From a bacterium (GTDB lineage: Bacteria; Patescibacteriota; Minisyncoccia; Phycocordibacterales; UBA10002): a stretch of 41,745 nt of DNA. Positions within the stretch are counted from its first letter, which is position 1. Each line of letters begins with the position of its first letter. Shown piece after piece: positions 16,641 to 25,349 of the stretch. The notes under the pieces were generated by a model that ran no database searches, had not been told where the DNA came from, and saw only the letters and a program-made list of their open reading frames with translations. Position numbers and translations under genes: made by a program. The stretch covers positions 1-41,745 of the forward strand of contig JAUYPY010000030.1 in NCBI GenBank assembly GCA_030697445.1, given 5' to 3'.

Positions 16641-17819
16641 ATGAATACAACGACAAAAAAGAAGATTTTGTTCCTTGTCACCAAGGGAAATTGTGGCGGC
16701 GCACAGCGGTATGTGTTTGATGTTGCAACTGCTTTACCGAAAGAAAAATTTGAGGCAGTGGTTTATTGTGGAGAGGGAGATGCTTTACCTGAAAAACTTG
16801 CGGGTGCGGGAATACGATGCGCGCGCGTTCCGTCTTTGGGCCGCGAAGTCGGCTCTGCCGACTTCGCGGCATTCCGAGAAATTTTCCAACTTCTCAAAAC
16901 AGAACAGCCAGATATTTTGCATCTCAGTAGCTCAAAGGCGGCGGCACTAGGCGCGTGTGCCGCCGTACTTTATAAACAATCCCGACGCTTCGGTCGGGAC
17001 CCCGACCGCTTCACGTCGGGGCTTAAAACTATATTCACCGTCCACGGCTGGCCGTTTAACGAACCGCGTCCGTTTGTAGAGCGCGTGGCGATTTTTCTTC
17101 TCTCATGGCTTACAGCGCTCCTCTCGCACGAAGTTATCGTGATTTGCTCCGCCGACCGAAGATCGGCGGAACGGCTTCCCTTCATACACAAAAAGACGCG
17201 GCTCATTCATAACGGCATTGAACCATTTGCCGTGATGGAGCGGATTGTGGCACGCGAGGCGTTTGCGCCACACGCTTCCGCCGACACAGTGCTCATCGTT
17301 ACCATTGCAGAACTTACCAAAAACAAAGGGCTCGCACATGCGCTCCGTGCGGTTGCAACGCTTGCGCACGAACAAAATCTCCCGCCATTCCAATATGTGA
17401 TTATTGGCGAAGGCGAACTGCGCCAAGAATTGGAAAAAATAATTTCAGAAAAAAACCTTGCGAGTTTTGCGCACCTCGTGGGTTTTGTTCCTGACGCAAA
17501 AACATTGCTTTCCGGTGCCGATATTTTCATTTTGCCGTCGCTCAAAGAAGGTCTGCCATATGTTCTTCTAGAAGCTGGTGCGGCAGGCGTGCCAGTCGTC
17601 GCAACGAATGTCGGCGGCATTTCGGATATTATTTCCGATATGGAATCCGGTATGCTCATCCGAGCAAAACGCGAAAAAGAAATCGCTGACGCGCTTCGCT
17701 TTTTGCTCACCAATCACAAAAAACGCGACGCCTTCGGCGCCGCGCTCAAACAAAAAGTCTTCGCTGATTTTAGTTTTGAAAAGATGCTTGCAGCGACGAT
17801 TGCGGCATATGAATCGTAA
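16641..17819 (+). CDS. glycosyltransferase family 4 (GT-B fold)
   Basis: 392 aa. The C-terminal region PSLKEGLPYVLLEAGAAGVPVVATNVGG is the EX7E-type GT4 region. TATAAT lies 11 nt upstream of the ATG. Confidence 0.8.
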   Translation: MNTTTKKKILFLVTKGNCGGAQRYVFDVATALPKEKFEAVVYCGEGDALPEKLAGAGIRCARVPSLGREVGSADFAAFREIFQLLKTEQPDILHLSSSKAAALGACAAVLYKQSRRFGRDPDRFTSGLKTIFTVHGWPFNEPRPFVERVAIFLLSWLTALLSHEVIVICSADRRSAERLPFIHKKTRLIHNGIEPFAVMERIVAREAFAPHASADTVLIVTIAELTKNKGLAHALRAVATLAHEQNLPPFQYVIIGEGELRQELEKIISEKNLASFAHLVGFVPDAKTLLSGADIFILPSLKEGLPYVLLEAGAAGVPVVATNVGGISDIISDMESGMLIRAKREKEIADALRFLLTNHKKRDAFGAALKQKVFADFSFEKMLAATIAAYES

Positions 17820-17839
17820 AGAAACACCGTCACATCTTT

Positions 17840-18958
17840 TCACACCACCCCGACGAATTCGCTTTTTACCGACTCCTTCTGCGCCGAGCGCGCGTGGCGG
17901 CGCAGACCCATCACCATTCCAAGTGATAGAAACTCCATAAGCAAGTGCGAACCGCCGTAGGAAAGGAATGGGAGTGTTACGCCAGTCACCGGTAGGAGCC
18001 CGATATTCATACCGATATTTACTAGAAAATGCGCGGTGAAAAATACGGCGACGCCGAGCGCGAAGAGTGTCTCAAAGTTGGTTGCGCCAGCGTACGCCGC
18101 AACGAGCAGGCGCCACATCACGACACCGTAGAGCGCGAAGAGTGCGAGCGCCCCCGCAAACCCCCACTCCTCGGCAAATGCGGCAAACGAAAAGTCGGTT
18201 TGGTATTCGGGGAGAAACTTTAGGCGCGACTGCGTGCCGTACCCGACCCCCTTGCCGAACGCCTCGCCGGAACCCACCGCAATCATTGACTGTAGCGCGT
18301 TGTATCCGCTCCCGCGCGCGTCCGCAAGCGGATGGATAAAATTAATGACGCGCGCTTTCTGATAATCCGAAAATACAAAAAACCACAACCCCGCAAACGA
18401 GAGAGCGCCGAGCGTGAACACGAACGCGATGTGCTTTTTGGAAATTCCGGAAAGCGACACCATGCCGAGCCACACGAGAAAGACAATCACGGCGGAACCG
18501 AAATCCGGTTGAATCAAAAGAAGTCCGAACAGAAAAAGCGCATACGCGCCAGACACAGCAATGTGCCGAATGTGTGCAATTTCAATATGACGGCGAGAAA
18601 AATATTTTGCGAGAAGTATAATGAGCGCCAACTTTGCAAACTCAACCGGTTGGAAAGAAAATGCGCCAAAATCAAACCAGCTCTGTGCGCCTTTAATCGT
18701 CGCTCCAGAAATCGCCACTATGGACAAGAGCAGGACGGAAGCGAGATACGCGCCGAACGCGAAGCGCGTTCGGCGCGAAAAACGCCAGTCAACGAACGAT
18801 GCGGCAAAAAACGCGACGACTGAAATGCAGAGCCAGATAATTTGCCGAGAGAAAAAACGCTCATCTCCGCCAAACGATGCCAAAACCGAAAGCCCGGCAA
18901 GAGTAAGCGGGATCGTTGCGCCGAAAAGTATCCAGTCAATTGCTGTTCCTTTGCGCAT
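17840..18958 (-). CDS. SEDS-family peptidoglycan polymerase (FtsW/RodA)
   Basis: 372 aa, multi-TM. QPVEFAKL, IQPDFGSA and EYQTDFSFAAFAEEWGF motifs. Confidence 0.85.
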   Translation of the reverse strand: MRKGTAIDWILFGATIPLTLAGLSVLASFGGDERFFSRQIIWLCISVVAFFAASFVDWRFSRRTRFAFGAYLASVLLLSIVAISGATIKGAQSWFDFGAFSFQPVEFAKLALIILLAKYFSRRHIEIAHIRHIAVSGAYALFLFGLLLIQPDFGSAVIVFLVWLGMVSLSGISKKHIAFVFTLGALSFAGLWFFVFSDYQKARVINFIHPLADARGSGYNALQSMIAVGSGEAFGKGVGYGTQSRLKFLPEYQTDFSFAAFAEEWGFAGALALFALYGVVMWRLLVAAYAGATNFETLFALGVAVFFTAHFLVNIGMNIGLLPVTGVTLPFLSYGGSHLLMEFLSLGMVMGLRRHARSAQKESVKSEFVGVV

Positions 18959-18963
18959 ATAAA

Positions 18964-19722
18964 TTACCGGACGGCGCGCGCCGCGGTCAGTACTTCAGCG
19001 CGCACGGGAGTGCGCGCAAACGGCGCGCGCCATACAAAGGAAATTGGTGTGGGGGCACCCGCGCGGATCTGTTCCGCTATGGTCTGTGACGCTCCCACGG
19101 CGTTTCCATCTGCATCATATAAAATCGCAACGGCAGTTGCGCCGACTTGGCTTTTCAGTGCTGTTGTCAATTCTGCTTGAACGCGCGGTTGGGAAACGAT
19201 AGAAAATTGCAATCGTTCCACGCGCACGGCGTCCAAAGCCAACACATCGCGGCGCCATACAATCGGCGCGGTGCGCTCAAACGATGCGCGCACCGGTATG
19301 CGCTCGCCGACAAAAAGATTTGGGGCAAATACGGCGAATGTTCCATTGGGAGGAATGAGCGCGGTTACGCGCTTTTCTGCAACCAAAAGCCCGACAGAAT
19401 CATAGACCTTTACCTGATACGGCGCTTCAAAGGCACCGGCACTTTTATTCGGATTTTCTGCATATAACACTGCGCTCGCAATACCACCGCCTTCCGAAAA
19501 TACCCTTTGCCAAATGGTGCGCGGCTCGCCCGCTGTGTTCGGACAAAGTAGCGCGCACACGCCTCCGCAGTCCGTACCTGTTTCCGCGCCGTTTTGCCTT
19601 CCGTCAAAACACGAAGACCCGCGAATTGTGCGCGACAAAAATGGAACGCTGACAACCAACACAAAAAACAGCGCAACGATTCCGCCGTAGGTAAGTTGTC
19701 TTTTTCTAGCCCATGATAGCAT
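18964..19722 (-). CDS. membrane-anchored hypothetical protein with Cys-rich CFDGxQNGxETGxDCGG motif
   Basis: 252 aa, one N-terminal TM segment. TATACT ends 6 nt upstream of the ATG. Confidence 0.6.
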   Translation of the reverse strand: MLSWARKRQLTYGGIVALFFVLVVSVPFLSRTIRGSSCFDGRQNGAETGTDCGGVCALLCPNTAGEPRTIWQRVFSEGGGIASAVLYAENPNKSAGAFEAPYQVKVYDSVGLLVAEKRVTALIPPNGTFAVFAPNLFVGERIPVRASFERTAPIVWRRDVLALDAVRVERLQFSIVSQPRVQAELTTALKSQVGATAVAILYDADGNAVGASQTIAEQIRAGAPTPISFVWRAPFARTPVRAEVLTAARAVR

Positions 19723-19753
19723 GGGAATAGTATACTAAAAATCAAGTACTTTG

Positions 19754-19865
<112 letters not shown>

Positions 19866-19891
19866 GCATAATACTCGATACGAAAAAAATC

Positions 19892-19917
19892 AATCAATGG
19901 TAAAAAGCAGAACTAAA
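19892..19917 (-). other. 3' arm of a perfect 26-bp processing stem bracketing 23S
   Basis: aatcaatggtaaaaagcagaactaaa is the exact reverse complement of 24550-24575. Confidence 0.75.
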
Positions 19918-20047
19918 GGGTTACTTGTTTCCAGACAGGGTCGTCCGATTAGTACGCCTCGGCTAAGCGCATTGCTGCGCGTACACCTAGCGCCTATCAA
20001 CGTCGTAATCTCCGACGGGACTGATAACGATTCCTTATCTTGGGGTT

Positions 20048-20080
<33 letters not shown>

Positions 20081-20159
20081 GTTCCGAACATAGCTACCCG
20101 ACGATGCCCTTGGCAGGACAGCCGGTACACCAGAGGTCCGTTCATTTTGGTCCTCTCGT

Positions 20160-20930
20160 CACATATTCACTTATCACTAAGTGTGCAGACTATATCTTCA
20201 CCCTGCGTCGCTTCACACGAAAGCAGGGGTCGGCGTATTATGGCGCCTATTACAGCACCATCTTCATACCAACATGGTGTTGGTATTCCAGTCGTTACGG
20301 GGTCAAATCTAACATCTTGCGTAATTCTTTTTTTGTCTTTTTTTTCTTTGTTACATAATTCTCACCCTGAATAACAAGAATAAAACTAAGTATTCGCGTT
20401 AATTGCACCTTTGTAAGGCGTTGTAGTTCCGTGTTACTCAATAATTGAGCGGCGGAATAGAGCGCTTTCGCTTGTAATTTTTTAAATCGGATAAACGGAA
20501 GTAGTGCGTGTAGAATATCTCGCACCTGCTTGAAGCCGTTCACTCGCAGTTCTGTCATTCCGTCGTTTCTGCGACAAATGTATCCAATTCCAATTTTTTC
20601 ACGAATCCAATAGAGATCATGCTCATGCCGCGTGTCTTGATAAAAACACACGGTACACATAAATCTCTTTTTCAATCGCCCATCTTTTCTCTTTTTGATT
20701 TGAAGCATTAAGCTTCCATCTCCATCGAGAAAACCGGCGATATATGCAAGATCAGTTTTAGATCGACTTCCCACGGTATTGTCTTAATTATTTTCTGGTC
20801 CTCAAGTATATTGTACCATCGCTTTTGAACCATTCAAAGCGGTGGTTATCAACAGACCGAAAAAAACAAAGATTTCACCGTTATTAGCCGCATTGTCATC
20901 GCGAATTACTTCGCGAAGTAGCAATACTTT
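20160..20930 (-). mobile_element. group I intron (771 nt) in the sarcin-ricin loop, carrying a LAGLIDADG ORF
   Basis: The 5' exon ends in U (..CATTTTTAGT) and the intron ends in G. The joined exons give CATTTTTAGTACGAGAGGACCAAAATG, a restored helix 95. AAGATATAGTC J8/7-P7 motif. Confidence 0.8.
20295..20774 (-). CDS. single-motif LAGLIDADG homing endonuclease (I-CreI-size, 159 aa; GTG start)
   Basis: LAYIAGFLDGDGSLML motif, same strand as the rRNA, inside the intron. Confidence 0.85.
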   Translation of the reverse strand: MGSRSKTDLAYIAGFLDGDGSLMLQIKKRKDGRLKKRFMCTVCFYQDTRHEHDLYWIREKIGIGYICRRNDGMTELRVNGFKQVRDILHALLPFIRFKKLQAKALYSAAQLLSNTELQRLTKVQLTRILSFILVIQGENYVTKKKKTKKELRKMLDLTP

Positions 20931-21311
20931 ACTAAAAATGACTCCCCTCAAGAATCTGCGCCTGCAGTAGATAGGAGACCAACCTGTCTCACGACGGTCT
21001 GAACCCAGCTCACGTAACTTTTTAAATGGCGAACAGCCATACCCTTGGAAGCTTCTCCACCTCCGGGATAAGTTGAGCCGACATCGCTGTCGGATTTTTC
21101 TGCGATTACTCGCAGGATCGGACTATATCTTCATCCAACTTTTACAAGATTGGAGCTCGGTGTGTTAGCGGAAGTTAGAACTTCCACTCCATTCCTTTCG
21201 GAATAAGTCTCTACGGGGTCAATCTACTCATATTTTTTGGGTCAAATAATATATATTTGACAATTCAAAACGCTTATAGTATCTTTCCTCTGGAAATAGA
21301 GAAAGGATTCT

Positions 21312-21503
21312 ATGGAAAAAATTGTTAACGTTCTTCTCGCGTTTGGATTCGTTATCTTGTGGTTCGCCGTGTGTATCTTTATACTGTTGCTTCAGACTGA
21401 AATGTACAAAATCCTTATCAGGAAGTTGTCATCGCACATCGTTAAGAAGTTGCGACTAGAGGAAAGTCTCGCACTTCTCCAAAGCATGATCAAGAAAGAT
21501 TAA
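21312..21503 (+). CDS. small single-TM protein (63 aa) encoded antisense inside the 23S intron
   Basis: MEKIVNVLLAFGFVILWFAVCIFILLLQTEMYKILIRKLSSHIVKKLRLEESLALLQSMIKKD. GAAAGGA lies 4 nt upstream of the ATG. TTGACA and TAGTAT lie upstream, and a terminator lies downstream. Confidence 0.5.
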   Translation: MEKIVNVLLAFGFVILWFAVCIFILLLQTEMYKILIRKLSSHIVKKLRLEESLALLQSMIKKD

Positions 21504-21521
21504 CGAATTTTTATTTCTCAC

Positions 21522-21551
21522 ACACTCCCCTAAAAAGGAGTGTCTTTTTTT
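21522..21551 (+). terminator. intrinsic terminator of the intron-borne antisense ORF
   Basis: Arms acactcc (21522-21528) and ggagtgt (21537-21543), followed by c and T7. Confidence 0.65.
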
Positions 21552-22279
21552 CCCAAAAATCTGAATAGATGACTTCCCACGGTATTGTCCATATTTTACC
21601 ATACGGAGTCCACCGTTATAAACCAAGTTTTTTGTTCTGGCACACCAGCTCCTACACTGAATTGCCAAAACGGCTGAATACCATTGCTGGTATGGCACCC
21701 CGATGTGTTAAGGTGCCGAACTCCGCCGCCGATTAGGACTCTTAGGCGGAACTAGCCTGTTATCCCCGGAGTAGCTTTTAGCAGATGATCTCTGGCCGCG
21801 TCTAACGCGTACCATCGGTTCACTATGCCCCGCTTTCGCGTCTGCTCGGCTCTGACGCCTCACAGTTAAGCCAGCTTTTGCCATTGCACTATCGGCACGG
21901 TTTCCATTCGCGCCTAGCTGACCTTGATGGGCTCCTTTGTTACTTTTTAAAAGGATAGCGCCCCACTAAAACTGCCCCCCAGGTACTGTCTCTCGCGCGT
22001 TTGGCGCGCGAGGTTAGCATGCATATTTTTAAAGAGCGGTGTTTCATCGACGGATCCATCCCGCCCGAGAGCGGGACTTCAAATCCTACCGCCTACGCTA
22101 CGCATCAAAAAAATGCAGGCAATACCAAGATACAGTAAAGCTTCCGGGGTCTTTTCGTCTAACTGCAGGTAACCGGCATCTTCACCGGTATTGTATTTTC
22201 ACCGAGCGAGTCTCCGAGACAGTTGCCCAGACGTGACACTATTCAACGCGCGGGAACTTACCCCGCAAGGAATTGCGCT

Positions 22280-22486
22280 CTTCTATTCCTATAAAGAAGG
22301 ACTATGTCTTCATCCTTCGACTTCGTTCAGGATAAATCCCGAAGAAATCTAGGGAGCGCGGCGTATAGTCTCTTGGAGCCGCGTGTACGCTTTGCATTAC
22401 TGCAAAGTAAGGTAGCTTTTGCGTTTTCAACATCGGCATACAATCGTCCCAATCCTTTCCGAAACGAATTTTACTTCGCATCGGAA
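22280..22486 (-). mobile_element. ORF-less group I intron (207 nt) at the CCUAAGGU|AGCG site (about E. coli 1931)
   Basis: The 5' exon ends CGTCCTAAGGT, the intron ends ..AATAGAAG, and the 3' exon starts AGCGCAATTCCTTGCGGGGTAAGTTCC. GAAGACATAGTCC motif. Confidence 0.7.
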
Positions 22487-23970
22487 ACCTTAGGACGATT
22501 ATAGTTATCGCCGACATTCACCAGGGCTTATATCAGTCACCACTCCATCTTGCGACAAAGCAACGCCGATATTTGACCTTCTGGCATTGGTCAAGTGTCA
22601 CCCCCTATACATCCTCTTACGAGTTCGCAGGGAGCTGTGTTTTTGATAAACAGTCGCCAGGCAGACTTTAGTTGTAGCCCCTCTTGCGAGGGGCAAGCAA
22701 TATCCCTAAGTTACTGCTGCTTTTTTGCCGAGTTCCTTGGAGACCTCTCACTCGTTCGCCTTACTCTACTCGAGCTGACCACCTGTGTCGGTTTGCGGTA
22801 CGGTCGCGTCGCGTTTAATTTTAGAAGTTTTTCTTGAAAGACGGCTCCTTCAGATTTGCGATGGCCGAAGCCAACACATTTTCACAACGCTTGGAAATCG
22901 CATTGAAGCGAGGACTCCGGATTTTCCTGGAATCCTTCCTTATGTTGCAAACGACAAATCCAATAATGCGCCTGAAGTACTCATCTTCGTCACTTCGTCA
23001 AAACGCGCCGCGGTCACGGAATATTAACCGTGTGTCCATCGCCTCCGGCGTTCGCCATCGGCTAAGGCCCGACTAACCCTCCTCTGACAATCATTGAGGA
23101 GGAAACCTCGGTCTTTCGGCGTGCGGGTTTCTCGCCCGCATTGTGGTTACTTGTGCCAACATTCTTACTTCGCAACGCTCCACCGTGGCTCACGCCTTCG
23201 GCTTCACTGCAGATGCGAATACTCTCCTACCGCGCTCCGACTTTCTTGCGAAAGTCGGAGCACCCTCAGTTTCGGTACCATGCTTTAGCCCCGATCATCT
23301 TCGGTGCGGAATCTCTCGATGAGTGAGCTGTTACGCTTTCTTTAAATGATGGCTGCTTCTAAGCCTACATCCTCACTGTTTGAGAAATACCACTTCCTTA
23401 CGATGCACTGAGCATGGATTTAGGGACCTTAACTGGAGATCCGGGCTCTTCCCCTTTTGACCGGTGGAGCTTAGCCCCCACGGTCTAACTGCTGCGCTTT
23501 AACTTTTGGTATTCGGAGTTTGATAGGTTGAGCGGTCTTTCGACCTGTCCCGACCTTCCAGTGCTCTACCCCCAAAAGGAACACGCAACGCTAACCCTAA
23601 AGCTATTTCGGAGAGAACCAGCTATTACCAAATTCGATTAGCTTTTCACTCCTTGCCACAAGTCATCGCAGAGTATTGCACAGCTCTAGCGTTCGGGCCT
23701 CCCTTCGACTTTCGTCGAAGTTCACCCTGCTCATGGCAAGCTCATCTGGCTTCGGGTCCCAAAGAGAGAGCGCGTCCGCCTTGCGGCGGACTACGCGCTA
23801 TTAACACTCGCTTTCGCTACGCCTCCGCCCTTGTTTAAGGGGCTTAGACAAGCTCTCTCCCTGGACTCGTTGGCTCATTCTTCAATAGGCACGCTACAAC
23901 GGAGCAAGCTCCGCCGTAACTCTTTGTAAGCATACGGTTTCAGGTCTATTTCACCGCCCTCATCGGGCTG

Positions 23971-24010
<40 letters not shown>

Positions 24011-24549
24011 TTGAAAGATATTTAGCCTTGCCGGTTAGTTCCGGCGGATTCCCCCAAGGTATTCGTGTCTTGAGGTACTCAAGGACAAAGACAAGAAAGA
24101 TTGTTTGTTTTCGTGTACGGGACTATCACCCTCTGGGGTGCTTCTTTCCAGAAGCTTCCACTAACAAACGGTTTTGTAACTTTCCTCTCGATAAATCGAG
24201 ACATCTCTGCCTTACAACTGCACTTCGTTCTTGCGAACAAAATACTCTAGGCTTCTGCGCGTTCGCTCGCCGCTACTGACGCAATACCAATTGGTTTCTT
24301 TTCCTCCGGGTACTGAAATGTTTTACTTCCCCGGGTGTGCTCTCCGACTTTCGTCGGAGTCTCGCGGTTTTACTCGCGAGGGGTTTCCCCATTCGGACAT
24401 CTTCGGATCAAAGGTTGCTCGGCACCTCCCCGAAGCGTATCGCCGCTACGCCGCGTCCTTCATCGCTCTTTCAAGCCAAGGCATCCACCGTACGCCCTTG
24501 TTTCCTATCCGGAAACATGTAACCCTGCCCCGACTTTGCGTCGGGGCAT

Positions 24550-24575
24550 TTTAGTTCTGCTTTTTACCATTGATT
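24550..24575 (-). other. 5' arm of the 26-bp 23S processing stem
   Basis: tttagttctgctttttaccattgatt is the reverse complement of 19892-19917. Confidence 0.75.
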
Positions 24576-24696
24576 TACTACCCGCGCGCCATACAATCCG
24601 GCGCGCGGTGAACTTACACTCCCGTCTGCTTTAAGACCCCTCAAAGCGACGGACTGCAATTTTCAAAAAACATTCGTGCGGTCTTGCGAAAAAGAA

Positions 24697-24726
24697 AAAC
24701 ACCCGTCTTTTCTAAAACGGGTGTTT
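24697..24726 (-). terminator. terminator-like hairpin inside the 23S leader
   Basis: Arms aaacacccgt and acgggtgttt. On the minus strand the hairpin is followed by TTTTTCTTTTT. Confidence 0.5.
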
Positions 24727-24805
24727 TTGGCTGGCTCAAAAAAGCCGGTCAATTTCTCCGCTTTAAAAAAAGTTTATTGGGGTTCAACATATATGGAATA
24801 CAGGC

Positions 24806-24833
24806 AGTATAGCCGAAGCAAAAATCCTGTCAA
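24806..24833 (-). promoter_or_regulatory. sigma70-type promoter (TTGACA-N16-TATACT) upstream of 23S-5S
   Basis: On the minus strand, TTGACA is at 24833-24828 and TATACT at 24811-24806. Confidence 0.55.
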
Positions 24834-24954
24834 CCTCGTTAGAAGCGGAATAGGTACAAACTGTTTATAACTCCCGTAATCCATACATACAAAAACGCAG
24901 TAACCCGTGCGCTGTTTTGCTGCTTCCAGTGGTGTCAAATGCCTGTACGGTATT

Positions 24955-24987
24955 AAAAAAGCCCCGCTCGATAAATCGAACGGGGCT
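24955..24987 (-). terminator. intrinsic terminator after the 25008-25325 ORF
   Basis: Arms agccccg and cggggct. T6 follows on the minus strand. Confidence 0.75.
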
Positions 24988-25007
24988 TAATGGAACACAA
25001 CAAGAAG

Positions 25008-25325
25008 TTAGGCACTAACTTTTTCCAGATGCGGACTCTTGGTTCTTTTTTTTCCTTTTTTACCGAGGTGGTTGAGTTGAGATTTTGTTTGTTGGGTTTT
25101 TTGCAAACCCAACCGTTGTCTTGCTTCTTCCAAGCTGGAACCAAAAACACTCATCTCAACTGTTGAGTAGAGCATCGCCGAAACTTCCGGTAATCTTTCT
25201 TTGATGTTTTCCAGCAAAGACACAAGATAAACTTCCGGATATTCTCCGGCAAGTTTTCCGTATACTTCGTTGTTTAACCGGCTAAACACTTCTTGCACGA
25301 GTTTCTTTATTTCAGGGTGAATCAT
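25008..25325 (-). CDS. hypothetical protein (105 aa), basic C-terminal tail
   Basis: GAAAGGAAAA lies 9 nt upstream of the ATG. The gene starts 24 nt after the upstream gene and has a terminator downstream. Confidence 0.5.
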   Translation of the reverse strand: MIHPEIKKLVQEVFSRLNNEVYGKLAGEYPEVYLVSLLENIKERLPEVSAMLYSTVEMSVFGSSLEEARQRLGLQKTQQTKSQLNHLGKKGKKRTKSPHLEKVSA

Positions 25326-25349
25326 ATTATTTTTCCTTTCATTTCTGGG

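Larger units (their letters stand above)
21087..21710 (-). mobile_element. group I intron (624 nt) at the GGCACCU|CGAUGUCGGCUC site (about E. coli 2500)
   Basis: The 5' exon ends TTCGGCACCT, the intron ends ..ACAG, and the next exon starts CGATGTCGGCTC. AAGATATAGTCC motif. Shares ACGGGGTCAA and a 19-nt block with the first intron. Confidence 0.8.

Noticed and set aside
21456-21698. 80-aa minus-strand ORF inside the second intron, considered as a possible degenerate homing endonuclease
   Set aside because: It is in a different frame from the conserved GTG-GGA-AGT endonuclease start. It covers the 5' catalytic-core sequence of the intron and has no LAGLIDADG, GIY-YIG or HNH motif.
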